Shown: piece by piece, positions 32,250 to 44,800 of the stretch
Position numbering within the stretch: the first letter of the stretch is position 1
Layout of the letters: each line of letters opens with the position of its first letter
Assembly (NCBI GenBank): GCA_946965045.2
Contig: OX337229.1
Span: 2,480,001-2,544,000, forward strand
DNA: 64,000 nucleotides
Source of the DNA: Epithemia pelagica
Taxonomy: Eukaryota > Protista > Bacillariophyta
Reading direction: 5' to 3'
Notes under the pieces: generated by a model
The model's input: only the letters and a program-made list of their open reading frames with translations
Told to the model about the DNA's origin: nothing
Database searches by the model: none
Program-made: the position numbers and the translations under genes

Positions 32250-33660
32250 CTGGCCTATCGAGAACAGGTTATCATGTCCCTACATAACGTATCGTCATAA
32301 GACACGAGCAACAAGAAGAATACCATGTTTGTTTGAGTGATTGTCGATCGATTGGGATTCCCGAACGAAGAGAGAGAGAGCATGTTTGTTCGAGGGATTG
32401 TCGATCGATTGGGATTCCCGAACGAAGAGAGAGAGCATGTTTGTTCGAGGGATTGTCGATTGATTGGGATTCACGAACGAAGAGAGAGAGAGGAACCAAG
32501 AATTCTCATGTGCAGAAGCGCAGTCGTTCAAAGGAGGTTTTCTTGAGACAGGTTATCATTTCCCTACATAAGCTGGCCACCCAACAAACGACGCCAGTAG
32601 CGTATCGGCATACGACACGAGCGACAAGAAGAATACCATGTTTGTTCGAGGGATTGTCGATCGATTGGGAAACCATTGGCGAATGCGGTTTGCTTTTCAC
32701 CATACGGCCCATGGTGTTTTCAAACCAAATGGCGCCCAACAAAATGGTCGCCAGTAAAACGGCATAAGACACGAGCAACAAGAAGAATACCATGTTTGTT
32801 CGAGTGATTATCGATCGATTGGGATTCACGAACGAAGAAATAGATAGAGAGAGAGAGGAACCAAGGATTCTTGGTGGAATTGGACATTCTCATGTGCAGA
32901 AGCGCAGTCGTTCAAAGGAGGTTTTCTTGAGACAGATATTATGGGTATCATCGAGAACTGGTTATCATTTCCCTACCTAAGCAAGACACGAGCAACAAGA
33001 AGAATACCATGTTTGTTCGAGGGATGGTCGATCGATTTGGAAACCATTTCAACACCACCTTCTTGAGGGACCAGAAGTCTTCCGCATGCGGTTTACTTTT
33101 CACCATACGGCCCATGGTGTTTTGAAACTAAATGACGCCCAACTAACGGTCGCAAGTAAAACCCAACAAACGGTCGCCAGTAAAACCCTGGACGTCATGA
33201 TGGCCGTCGGCATCTCGTGAATGACATCAAACATGGTGGCGGGCGTAAACATGTATTCGGTCACACCGTGCAGGGCACTCCCACCAGATTTGTCCTAGGC
33301 GGCCAAAATCCCTTGACCAGGGACCTTAATTTTGGTAACACACAAGGGAGCTGACGAAGACCCATCAACAAGTCTCTCAAGTTTGGAAGGAGATTGTGGA
33401 ATTGTGTGATGAGAGCTTGAATACCCCCGGCATTGGCCTCCTTGTCACATCTTGGTTCGAACAATACCACACTTGGCCGCGCGCGTCAATAATTTTCCCA
33501 ATTGTGGTATTAGGTTGATGAGTTGGACACCACTGTCCCTTGTCCCATTTCAAAAAGGGCACCACCTTCTTGAGGGACCGCAAGTACTCCGCATTCGACT
33601 TTCTTTACACCACATGGCCCATGGTGTTTTCAAACCAAATGGCGCCCAACAAACGTTAAC
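32250..33660. repeat. Modular repeat patchwork in the Helitron 5' arm
   Basis: 55-57-bp tandem units at 32324, 32381 and 32436; module AGACACGAGCAACAAGAAGAATACCATG at ~32296, 32609, 32763 and 32982; module CCCATGGTGTTTT at three sites. Confidence 0.85.
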
Positions 33661-34040
33661 ATGTATTTTCGATCACAGAGTTCCTTCCTTCGACAGTCAT
33701 GATTGCTGATGGCAATGATCGAGGGGAATATTCTTCAATTGCAAATTTTGGTGATTCCGATTTTTTTTCAAGTTCTGTTGTTGCGCGGCCAAGGCCAAAT
33801 GGAGAGCGTGTACGACTTTGTTGCTCGCACTGGGTCGTCAAGAGAAGACGGACAAAATTGTTTACTCGTCGGATGTTTCTGTTCTCGCAGTAATGTATGT
33901 TTTGCCGACACTGATTGTCGTCCTAAGTAGCCATCAATGCGGCTAACAACTCTATTTTTCGGATATATAACTACTAGAGCAACAAGTAGGGATAACGTGA
34001 ATAGAAACAAATCTACTATAGATATAATCTAAGTGATCTA

Positions 34041-34574
34041 CTAATCTTCCTTGTTTCCGTCAACAGCAGAGTCTTCAACTTCCTTCTGGTTATCGTTCTT
34101 GTTACCAGTTTCTTCATTGCTGGTGTCGCGAATTTCCGATTCATCCATCTCACCAAAGGAAGAATCAAAAGATTCTTCGTCTTCTTCTGACCAGTACCAG
34201 AGGTGGCGGGACAAAGCCTCCTGGTCAACTTTCATCATCACAAGCTCAAGCGTGATGGCGTTATCAATCACATCACTATCCTCGTTGAAGACGTACGAGT
34301 TCTTCGGGATCAGCTTGGAATTATCGATACGGCGAAGATGTGCAAGGTCTGTAAACACACCCAAGAAGTTTTTTACCTGGTTCACGACGTGACCAGCAGT
34401 CGTATGTTTTTTAATAACGTCAAGTTTCACTCGCAAACAGTCACTGACCAAGACATAACAACCAACGAATTGATGAGGACAGTGAGCCACAAGTGTTTTC
34501 ATCCGAAATGGTGAAGTCCCCATGGTGGGCATATTACCAGGGTGATGGATGAATCCAGGACGCTTCGACAACAT
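34041..34574 (-). CDS. Helitron accessory ORF: possible ubiquitin-like (beta-grasp) domain plus acidic tail
   Basis: Open frame with globular-looking CYVLVSD..RVKLDVIKKHTTAGHVVNQVKNFLGV..LRRIDNSKLI..TLELVMM followed by a D/E-rich tail. The start codon (34574, 34532 or 34502) is uncertain. Confidence 0.45.
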   Translation of the reverse strand: MLSKRPGFIHHPGNMPTMGTSPFRMKTLVAHCPHQFVGCYVLVSDCLRVKLDVIKKHTTAGHVVNQVKNFLGVFTDLAHLRRIDNSKLIPKNSYVFNEDSDVIDNAITLELVMMKVDQEALSRHLWYWSEEDEESFDSSFGEMDESEIRDTSNEETGNKNDNQKEVEDSAVDGNKED

Positions 34575-34663
34575 GATAAAAGCCAATTTGCACAAATATG
34601 ACACCCATGATCTGCACCTGTGATGACGTGTACAGATGACTTCGTCACCACCTGCCAAACCCT

Positions 34664-34795
34664 GGTTGAACCCAAATCCTGATGATGCCCCCGATCTGTC
34701 TGGTGGTTGAACCCAATCTGTGTGGTTGAACCCAAATCCATCTGGTCGAGCACCAATCCCTTGTTGGACCCAGTCCCTGGTTGAACCACAATCCA
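34664..34795. repeat. Iterated palindromic GGTTGAACC motif between divergent ORFs
   Basis: Perfect copies at 34664, 34705, 34724 and 34779; degenerate copies at ~34744 and ~34763. Confidence 0.8.
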
Positions 34796-34840
34796 ACCCA
34801 CAATCCCTGCGCAACAATCAACTGATGTTCCATATTCATC

Positions 34841-35710
34841 ATGCCCCCAACGAAGAAGGTAAGTGGTGATTTTTGTTTCTTATACTTCATTGAGGCATTT
34901 TCATCTAAGTTTGATTGTTGTTTGTGCAAGAAGTTCAAGTTTGCTACCGCCAAGAAGAAGGGAGTTGCTCCCTCTCCCGGTTGTAACAAGACCAAGGTAA
35001 CCGAGGTCCATTCCGAACGTTGTGGTCCGAATGGACAGTTTATTGTTGCATACATGCAACTTGCTGGGACCACGAAGCCCCGATCAGGCTTCATGGAGCC
35101 TGTGTTTGAGTTGATAAAGGACAAGGAGTCGCAGCTTTTCGATGAGTTTGATATCAGAATCGAGAAACTCTATCGTCGTGTTTCCCGTGACAATGATAAC
35201 ACCATGTTGAATGGAAACCCCGACAAGAATGGTCGGGAGTACAACTGGTCGGTTGTCGTAGGATTTTGTGAGGATGCCGAAAACGAGCTTCAGAAAGATC
35301 AAATGATGAAGAAGATGTGTGAGACGATGGTCAGGGTGATGGCTGCGGAGGACAAGAAAAATGGGTTTCTACGCACTTCCAAGACCAATGAAGCAGGACT
35401 TGTGCACTCCAAGAGTCCCCCTCGATCGTTGGACGAAGTCTTACCAAATGAGAATGTCGCCATGATTGTTAAGAATTATTTTCCACTTGAAAAGTGCCAG
35501 GACCTATACGAGTTCTTGGGTGGTGAGGAGGAAGGTGTGGCCGATTTGGTGTTCTCACGTGACCGCTACGACATGTTCGCGAAATGCGCGGTGGACAAGT
35601 GGGGATACCCCAAGGGTGTGCGTGAAAAGCAGGATGCCTCTCAGGATCAGGAGGAGTGTAGATCAGAGGTTGACGAATCCAAAATTGGCGACGAACCCAA
35701 TGACGAATGA
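34841..35710 (+). CDS. Helitron accessory protein of unknown function (probable 72-nt in-frame intron 34859-34930)
   Basis: 289-codon ORF directly upstream of and co-oriented with RepHel; AAG|GTAAGT donor after MPPTKK; basic N-terminus and acidic C-terminus. Confidence 0.6.
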   Translation: MPPTKKVSGDFCFLYFIEAFSSKFDCCLCKKFKFATAKKKGVAPSPGCNKTKVTEVHSERCGPNGQFIVAYMQLAGTTKPRSGFMEPVFELIKDKESQLFDEFDIRIEKLYRRVSRDNDNTMLNGNPDKNGREYNWSVVVGFCEDAENELQKDQMMKKMCETMVRVMAAEDKKNGFLRTSKTNEAGLVHSKSPPRSLDEVLPNENVAMIVKNYFPLEKCQDLYEFLGGEEEGVADLVFSRDRYDMFAKCAVDKWGYPKGVREKQDASQDQEECRSEVDESKIGDEPNDE

Positions 35711-35941
35711 AAATGGGCCCAAGGAGAATACAAACAGACATAACGGTTGCGACAAAATTAGTAGTAATAACACTTTGGCTGACGAGCCGACGAGCCCCAT
35801 GTTAGCGAGTAAGCGAAGTTGTCTACTTTCTACTTTCTACTTTCTACTTTGCGTCGACCAAATTATGCAAATCTTACTGCCACAAAATTTATATGCAGCT
35901 GCTTGGTAACACTCAGTGTTTCCATAGCAGGCCTAGCTAGC

Positions 35942-38900
35942 ATGTATGTTAGAGACTCTTCCATTGAGAAAGGGGTTGCTAAAGCAGCAGCATGCCGTGA
36001 CTCCCTATTGTATAAAGACGGAGACAAGTTTTTTCCAAAAGTGTGTTGTGTTTGCGACCAGTTCATCAAGGTTGGACATGAGAAATGTTTGAAACTAGAA
36101 GATCTAAAGCACAGACGAATTCAACCCAAGTTTCTGAAGGCAAATCTGGATTTCACCCATTGCAGCATCTCAGAAGACAGCAAGAAAATAATCAAGGGGC
36201 ATTACACACAAAGTTGTTATAATGCAAGAAACACTGCACGATATTGCTTTCTGCAGCAACTTGTTCTTTCCCCATCTTCATATGCATTGAAAAAGGGGCA
36301 GAAAAGTGAAGGACTGGGATGTTGTAGCATTTGTTACAATACTATTATTCAAATGAAGAAAGAATCATGTGATCCTGACAAGGTACCCAAATATGCCATA
36401 TTTAATGGATTGATGTTTGGTCCCACACCTGCCCGTTTGCAAGATTTGAATGAAGTTGAGCTGGCTTTGATTTCACCTGCAAGAACAAACAAACATATCT
36501 TTTCGTTTACCGCAGGGTCACATAAATCTATCAAGGGGTGGCATGCGTTGTACTACAATGACCTAAATGCAGTAAATGGAGTGATTAATTGGTGTCGTAC
36601 AGCAACAGGGCAGAATTCAACTAATGATAATGACGCGCAAAATGGGCAGGAACTCCCTGTACACTGGGCTGAAACTGCATTGTTTGATGAAGAAAGTATT
36701 GGTGATGATAATGACAGCAATGAAGATATCGAAAGTACGGCCAACAACTCCACTACAAATACATCTGAGGGGAACACCGGCAATGACGGCGAAGAAGAAA
36801 CTGAGCATCATGACGATGAAGACATTCAAGAAGATCCACAGGATTCTCCATTACTACCACAAATTGCTGTCATTCTAACAGGACCATTCACACCCAGACA
36901 GAAAGCTCTGACATACCAGCGTACAAAGGTTCGTTGGAATAAGGTCCATATGGCATTGCAATGGCTGAAGGACAACAATCATTTATACAAAGACTTAAAT
37001 TTGCCGGACGACAAAATCATTGAGCCAATAATTATTGACAAAAGTGAGGACATTGATGAAACAGCTTCATCAAATGTGGAACAAGTCTTTGAAATAACAG
37101 CTGTTTTCCCAGACTCCAATGAACCACAGTTAATCAATGGCGGCTGTTCATCACAAAATGATTTCAAGCAGTTAACACTTGATTGTCTTTTGGCTGACCA
37201 CGAGAAAAAGGATGCAACTTTGATTTCGCGTTCATCAAAAACATTATTGAAAGACTATCAGGGCGAAAATCTTCTTAAGGCTTTTCCGCTTCAGTTCCCA
37301 TTTGGTATTGGTGCATACGACAATCAAGGTCAACCACATTCTGGCATGAAATATTTTGAATATCTCATGAGACATTGAACTAAAAATTTCCATCGTGCCA
37401 ATTTTGTGTGCATTATTCACAACATGTTTGAGCGACAGAGAATGGTGTCAAACTCTTATTTGAGAACCAGTGAAGCACAGGCAGAATCATTTGCAACAAT
37501 CACAGATAAGCAGATTGAGGAAGCTATACAACGACATCTTGATTCCGCACAAGGATCAGCTCCAAGTGACAATTTTTTGAAAAAGATGAAAGCAATTACT
37601 TCATCAATGGGACACACAGGTGCTGCTGCAAAGAAAGCACGGCAGAATATGTTGGCAATGATTGCAAAATTTGGCCTGCCGAGTGTCATGTTTACCATTA
37701 CACCTGAGGATGCAGTGAATTTCAGAATACGTGTTATGGCAACCAAAAAAACTGGTGAAAGGAATCCTCCTGATCCAAACACAACACCGGTTCATGACCA
37801 ACACGAATATATACTTGAGTGTGGTGGAATTCGGCAAGTTCATCCAGGGCTTTGTGCCATTGAGTTTGAAAATGTGATAGCAATTACTATTCAGCATCTA
37901 CTTGGTTGGGATATGAACAAGAGGAAAAACATAAAAGATCTTGGAATTTTTGGTGATCTGTTAGCGTGGTGTTATGCAGTTGAGGAACAAGGCAGGAAAA
38001 CACTTCATGCACATTTCCTGTTGTATCTGATGAAATGGTCTGTGCTACTTCAAGGACTTGGAGATGAGGCAACAAGAGAACGGTTCTCGGAACAATTGGT
38101 TGAATATGCATCAAAAGTTATGAGCACATACATGCATGGTGAAGCCATTCCTTCCTGTGTTCAACAAGATTGTACTTCAAATGTTTTCGAATTCTGCTCA
38201 AAACAAGACATCAGGAATTTGCGCACAAAACTTGGAACTACATCACTTGGTGGGAAAGCGATTGCCAAGTGCACAACATGTAACACATGTATGACAAGTG
38301 AGGATTTGGTTTTCTCCCGATTGAAGGAAATCTTCCAAACAATGACTTTTACTCAAGAGCAAAGAGAAAATGAAACCAATGCTGAGTCAGATTTGTCTGA
38401 CAAAACAAAACTCACCAATGCCATGGAGTTACTCTTAATGCGGGAACAGCTCAAGAAGCCTTCCCGGATGACAAGCAAAGGCGTATTTGTCATGAACGTA
38501 TTGCGCAATCTGCATCGTTCAAAACATGCAAATTCCTGCTTCAAGAAAGGAGAAGAATGTCGCATGCATGTTCCATGTGCGTCATGTGACGAAACAGAAT
38601 TAAAATTTTCAGCAGACACGACTGATTGGTTTGACTGGAAAGGAAAGGAGCAGTCAAGACAATTGTTCACCTTGAACTCTAAACAGGCCCATGCTGATGC
38701 ATTTGTCAATATTCACAGTTCCCACGCAAGCAAGCTATTTGGTTGCAATACAAATGTTGTCACTGGAGTGGACGGAGGAAGTGTCATGTATATGACATGC
38801 TACATTTCAAAGAACACACAAACAGAAGACAATGAACTTTTTACAAATTCTGCAAAACATATGATCAAAAAAATGAGAGAGTCCTTACTCCAACTTGAGG

Positions 38901-41782
38901 ACGAGTCTTCGAACACAAATCAAGAGCAAGGAGGAGAAGACAATGAGAACAACAGAGTGGCTACAGTGATGAAAACATTGATTGGTGCAATGTTGCTTTC
39001 CACCTCTGCTCATATATGCAGTGCTCCTATGGCATCTTTTTTGGTGAGAAATGGAGGTTCACGTTTTCATTATTCTCATGATTTTGCATATGTCAATTTG
39101 AACCATTTTGAAACAGATGGTCTGAATGATTTGTCTGTTGATTCCATTGAGGGGACACCTTTTTTGACTTCAAGTGTCGCAAACTACTTATTGCGTCAAG
39201 AAGAACTAGAAGGCACTTGTTTGTATGATTTTTTGTCCCAGTTCACAGTGAGCAGAAGAACAAAAAGCAGTCTGGAATGGATAAAGGACCATCCATCAAA
39301 AAATCATCTTGGTGTGCAGGCTAGCAAACACATCAAGGTTCCTGTGGTCAATTACAGAGATTTCATGAACACCAGTTCTTTTGGAAACCAACCGATTGAT
39401 TCTTTTCAACTACCCGAAATTCTCGAGGAGGAGCATCATGCTATGGAACTTTATGCCAAGAAGGCAAACTTACTGTTTCATCCCTTTCGTTCAGTTCAAA
39501 CGGATTTGACCGTTGCAGGCTCATATGTTAGAAGTTTCCAGGAGGCACTTTGCAGTGGAATTATAACAGAAGCACATTGTGAGATTCTTGCAAATATTCA
39601 GGATTGTCGCAATAGTTTGGAAGCTGGGCGACCGTGTGATTCTCTTGAGTCTGAAACATCATGCCCGTCAGCTGCTTGTGGCCATGGGTCTTATAATGAG
39701 AACAATGCTGAAGAAACCAATCACGATGACATTGACAGTGCATTTGAAGAATTGGTTGAAACAATGAATGAACTAAATGACTCAGGACTTCAGTTGAGAA
39801 CGTCGAACAACATTTATCAGTTTTCCTCATCAATCATCCGAAAATGTGGCTCTGCAAAATGTGGTGTGCAAAACATTGCGACTCCCAATCTTGGAGAACG
39901 TGTGGGTGCAAACGTTTTTGAAACACAAAGCGAGGAAATGGATCCAGATCAACAGCATCCAAGTGGTCTAGACGATGATGATTTCATTTCTCGTTATTCA
40001 ACTTTTGTGACAAAGAAAGCACTTTATGAGCTAGCAATATCAAGAACAGAAAGGATTACCATGGATGATGGACACTACGAAATAAAAGCAACTGGAACAT
40101 TGAAGAATATCTGAGAATATGCTGTTCATCACTTCAGAGGTGATGAAGACCAGGAATATGCATTCGAGGCCATAATGTCTGCATTTGTACTTCGCCTCCA
40201 CGATGAAGCAGCAAAAGACACGACTGGACAAGAACAAATGCCTGCATTCCGTAGAAGAAAAATGAATCACATAAGAGAGACTTTGCAGAAGGTTAATCAA
40301 GGATCCCAGTTCATATCCTTTCTTTCTGGAGCAGGTGGATCTGGGAAAAGCCATGTCATCAAAACACTTGTGAGATATGCCAAAAATCTCTGTTCTAACC
40401 TCAAGGTCAGGTATGACAAACGTACAATTGTTGTTATAGCCCTTACTGGTGCAGCAGCTGTTGGAATCAATGGTGAAACGACACATATGGCTTGTGCATT
40501 AAACAGGGAAGTTACCAAGGAACCAGAAGAATGGAAGAATGCTTATCTCTTGATTGTAGATGAAATTTCTTTTGCATCAAGAGATGTTGTTGATAAACTG
40601 GATTACAAATTGAGACGCATTTTGAAGCCAGATCACAAATTTGGGGGGATTCCAATTGTCTTCGCTGGAGATTTTACGCAGCTCAAACCAGTGAAAGCTC
40701 AGCCCTTGTATTTATTCAAAGACTTTGAAAAATGGTATGAATGGGTCCATACTTTTCTTGAGCTAAGAACAAACCACAGGTTTCATTTGGATCCACCTTG
40801 GGGTAACTTACTTTCAATATTCCGGGATGAAGGGCCAAGTGACAGAGACGTTCAGAAGATTAACACTCGGGTTGTTGGTTCAAGAGGCGGACCAACAGAA
40901 AGTGATATACCCCCAAATGTGGTATATGCAACAAAAACCAACCTTGATTGCGCTGCCATCAATGATGCTATTTTTGGGAAACATCTCGAAAACACCCATT
41001 CAAAAGATCCAACTGTACAACCACCACTACACACAGTCTGTATAAAAGCCTCCAATTTGAAGTGGAGGAAAGCTGGGACACGTTCTGAATACATCAATTT
41101 TAACAAGTCGTGTGAAGATATCCTCTATGCAACATGTGGAGAAGGACATCTACAAGGAAAAGACAACAAAAGATATGACCCTCTGCTGAAACTGTACTAT
41201 GGAAGACCATTGTGCATCAATGAGAATAAAAAAGTTGATTCATGTATTGCAAATGGAGCAATGTGTGAATTCAAGGGACTTGTTCTCAAACAAGGTGTTA
41301 TGATGAATGACATGGAAAAAATAATGATTGATGGGTTCTATGTTTGGAGTATAAAGGTCTCCCAACTTGAAGGACTAAAAGTGGAGATGTTGGATGGTGG
41401 ACGTAACCAACTCGTCATTCTAAAACCAGCAACTGTCTGTCAACAAGAACAGTTTCCATTGCCACTGCTTAACATGACAAGAGTTCGGAAAATGATGAAG
41501 ATGACCCAGCTTCCTGTGAACGTGTCAAACGCAAGAACCGTCCATAAACTGCAAGGACGGTCAATTGAGTTCCTCTACATATCGAACTGGGATGACACTG
41601 GAAACTGGAACTATGTTTGCTTATCAAGAGTTTGTGAAATGAAGGGCCTCTTTCTAGCAAAACCTTTGATTGCAGAAAAGTGTCGCAGGATGTCAGCGGA
41701 ATGTCAAGAATTCCATGTCTGCTTTAGAACTACGAAGCATCCACCACCGAGGGTTCATATAGATGACAGACATAGCTCTTAG
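35942..41782 (+). pseudogene. RepHel transposase (DUF6570-like region, HUH Rep, PIF1 helicase) interrupted by two in-frame TGA codons
   Basis: One continuous frame across three track ORFs, with TGA at 37376-37378 and 40112-40114. Rep motifs FGLPSVMFTITP, VEEQGRKTLHAHFLLY, YMTCYISK. Helicase motifs GAGGSGKS, IVDEIS, FAGDFTQLKPV, LRTNHRF, TVHKLQGRS, YVCLSRV. No C-terminal endonuclease. Confidence 0.93.
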
Positions 41783-41832
41783 AAAATAGAAGCCATCATA
41801 TACCTGTATTCGGATGTGGGATAGCTTATACA

Positions 41833-44800
41833 GTGGGCTATAAGTGACACCATTTGCACATTCCAAAACCTGTGGATACTAGAGTTGTTCTCACGCGAAA
41901 CAAATGGCGACAAATCTTGTAGTACAATAGCCTCAAGTCAAACAGGAACAAGTATACCATCAAAGTTGCCGAACCCAAATTGCATTGCATCATCAGATAC
42001 CTTATGGCGTGGACTATAAGTGACAACAGTTTGACATTCCAAAACATGTGGATAATAGAGTTGTTCTCACGCGAAACAAATGGCGAAAAATCTTATAGTA
42101 CAATAGCCTCAAGTCGAACAAGAACAAGTATACCATCAAAGTTGCCGCACCCAAATTGCATTGCATTATTAGATACCTTATGGCGTAAACTATAAGTGAC
42201 AACAGTTTCACATTCCAAAACCTTTGGATACTAGAGTTGTTCTCACGCGAAACAAATGGCGACAATTCTTATAGTACAATAGCCTCAAGTCGAACAGGAA
42301 CAAGTATACCATCAAAGTTGCCACACACAAATTGCATTGCATCATCAGCTACCTTATGGCGTGGACTATAAGTGACAACAGTTTCACATTCCAAAACATG
42401 TGGATACTAGAGTTGTTCTCACGCGAAACAAATGGCGACAAATCTTAAAGTACTATAGCCTCAAGTCAAACAGGAACAAGTATACCATCAAAGTTGCCGC
42501 ACCCAAATTGCATTGCATCATCAGCTACCTTACGCGAAACAAATAGCGACAAATCTTATAGTACAATAGCCTCAAGTCGAACAGGAACAAGTATACCATC
42601 AAAGTTGCCGAACCCAAATTGCATTGCATCATCAGATACCCTATCGCGTGGACTATAAGTGACAACAGTTATACATTCCAAAACCTGTGGATACTACAGT
42701 TATCCTCACGCGAAACAAATGGCGACAAATCTTATAGTACAATAGCCTCAAGTCGAACAGGAACAAGTATACCATCAAAGTTGCCGCACCCAAATTGCAT
42801 TGCATCCTCAGATACCCTATCGCGTGGACAATAAGTGACAACAGTTTCACATTCCAAAACCTGTGGATACTAGAGTTGTTCTCACGGGAAACAAATGGCG
42901 ACAAATCATCTAGTACAATAGCCTCAAGTTGAACAGGAACAAGTATACCATCAAAGTTACCGAACCCAAATTGCATTGCATTATTAGATACCTTATGGCG
43001 TGGACTATAAGTGACATCAGTTTCACATTCCAAAACCTGTGGATACTAGAGTTGTTCTCACGCGAAACAAATGGCGACAAATCTTATAGTACAATAGCCT
43101 CAAGTCGAACAGGAACAAGTATACCATCAAAGTTGCCGCACCCAAATTGCATTCCATGATTAGATACCTTATGGCGTGGACTATAAGTGACAACAGTTTG
43201 AAATTCCAAAACCTGTGGATACTAGAGTTGTTCTCACGCGAAACAAATGGCGACAAATCATGAAGTACAATAGCCTCAAGTTGAACAGGAACAAGTATAC
43301 CATCAAAGTTGCCGCACCCAAATTGCATTGCATTATCAGCTACCTAATTACGTGGACTATAAGTGACATCAGTTTGACATTCCAAACCTGTGGATACTAG
43401 AGTTGTTCTCACGGGAAACAAATGGCGACAAATCTTATAGTACAATAGCCTCAAGTCGAACAGGAACAAGTATACCATCAAAGTTGCCGCACCCAAATTG
43501 CATTGCATCATTAGATACCTTATGGCGTGGACTATAAGTGACAACAGTTTCACATTCCAAAACCTGTGGATACAAGAGTTGTTTTCACGCGAAACAAATG
43601 GCGACAAATCTTGTAGTACAATAGCCTTAAGTCGAACAGGAACAAGTTTACCATTAAAGTAGCCACACCCAAATTTCATTGCATTATGAGATACCTTATG
43701 ACGTGGACTATAAATGAGAACAGATTCACATTCCAAAACCTGTGGATACTAGAGTTGTTCTCACGCGAAACAAATGGCGACAAATCATGTAGTGCAATAG
43801 CCTTAAGTCGAACAGGAACAAGTATACCATCAAAGTTCCCACACCCAAATTGCATTGCATTATAAGCTACTTTATGGCGTGGACTTTAAGTGACAGCAGT
43901 TTCACATTCCAAAACCTGTGGATACTAGAGTTGTTCTCACGCAAAACAAATGGCGACAAATCTTATAGTGCAATAGCCTCAAGTCGAACAGGACAAGTAT
44001 ACCATCAAAGTTGCCACACCCAAATTGCATTGTATGATCAGCTATCTTATAGCGTGGACTATAAGTCACATCAGTTTCACATTCCAAAACCTGTGGATAC
44101 TAGAGTTGTTCTCACGCGAAACAAATGGCGACAAATCTTATAGTACAATAGCCTCAAATCGAACAGGAACAAGTATACCATCAAAGTTGCCGAACCCAAA
44201 TTGCATTGCACCATCAGATACCTTATGGCGTGGACTATAAGTGACAACAGTTTCACATTCCAAAACCTGTGGATACAAGAGTTGTTCTCCCGCGAAACAA
44301 ATGGGGACAATTCTTATAGTACAATAGCCTCAAGTCGAACAGGAACAAGTAAACCATCAAAGTTGCCGCACCCAAATTGAATTGCATAATAAGATACCTT
44401 ATGTCGTGGACTATAAGTGACAACAGTTTCACATTCCAAAACCTTTGGATACTAGAGTTATTCTCACGCGAAACAAATGGCGACAAATCTTGTAGTACAA
44501 TAGCCTCAAGTCGAACAGGAACAAGTATACCATCAAAGTTGCCGCACCCAAATTGAATTGCATCATTAGATACCTTATGGCGTGGACTATAAGTGACAAC
44601 AGTTTGACATTCCAAAACCTGTGGATACTAGAGTTGTTCTCACGCGAAACAAATGGCAACAAATCTTATAGTACAATAGCCTCAAGTCAAACAGGAACAA
44701 GTATACCATCAAAGTTGCCGCACCCAAATTAAATTTCATCATCAGATACCTTATGGCGTGGACTATAAGTGACAACAGTTTCACATTCCAAAACCTGTGG

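Noticed and set aside
37376-40114. Programmed TGA readthrough or selenocysteine in RepHel
   Set aside because: The contexts (TGA ACT, TGA GAA) are not known readthrough signals and the positions are not catalytic Cys-like. CGA-to-TGA decay is simpler. Not fully excluded without sister copies.
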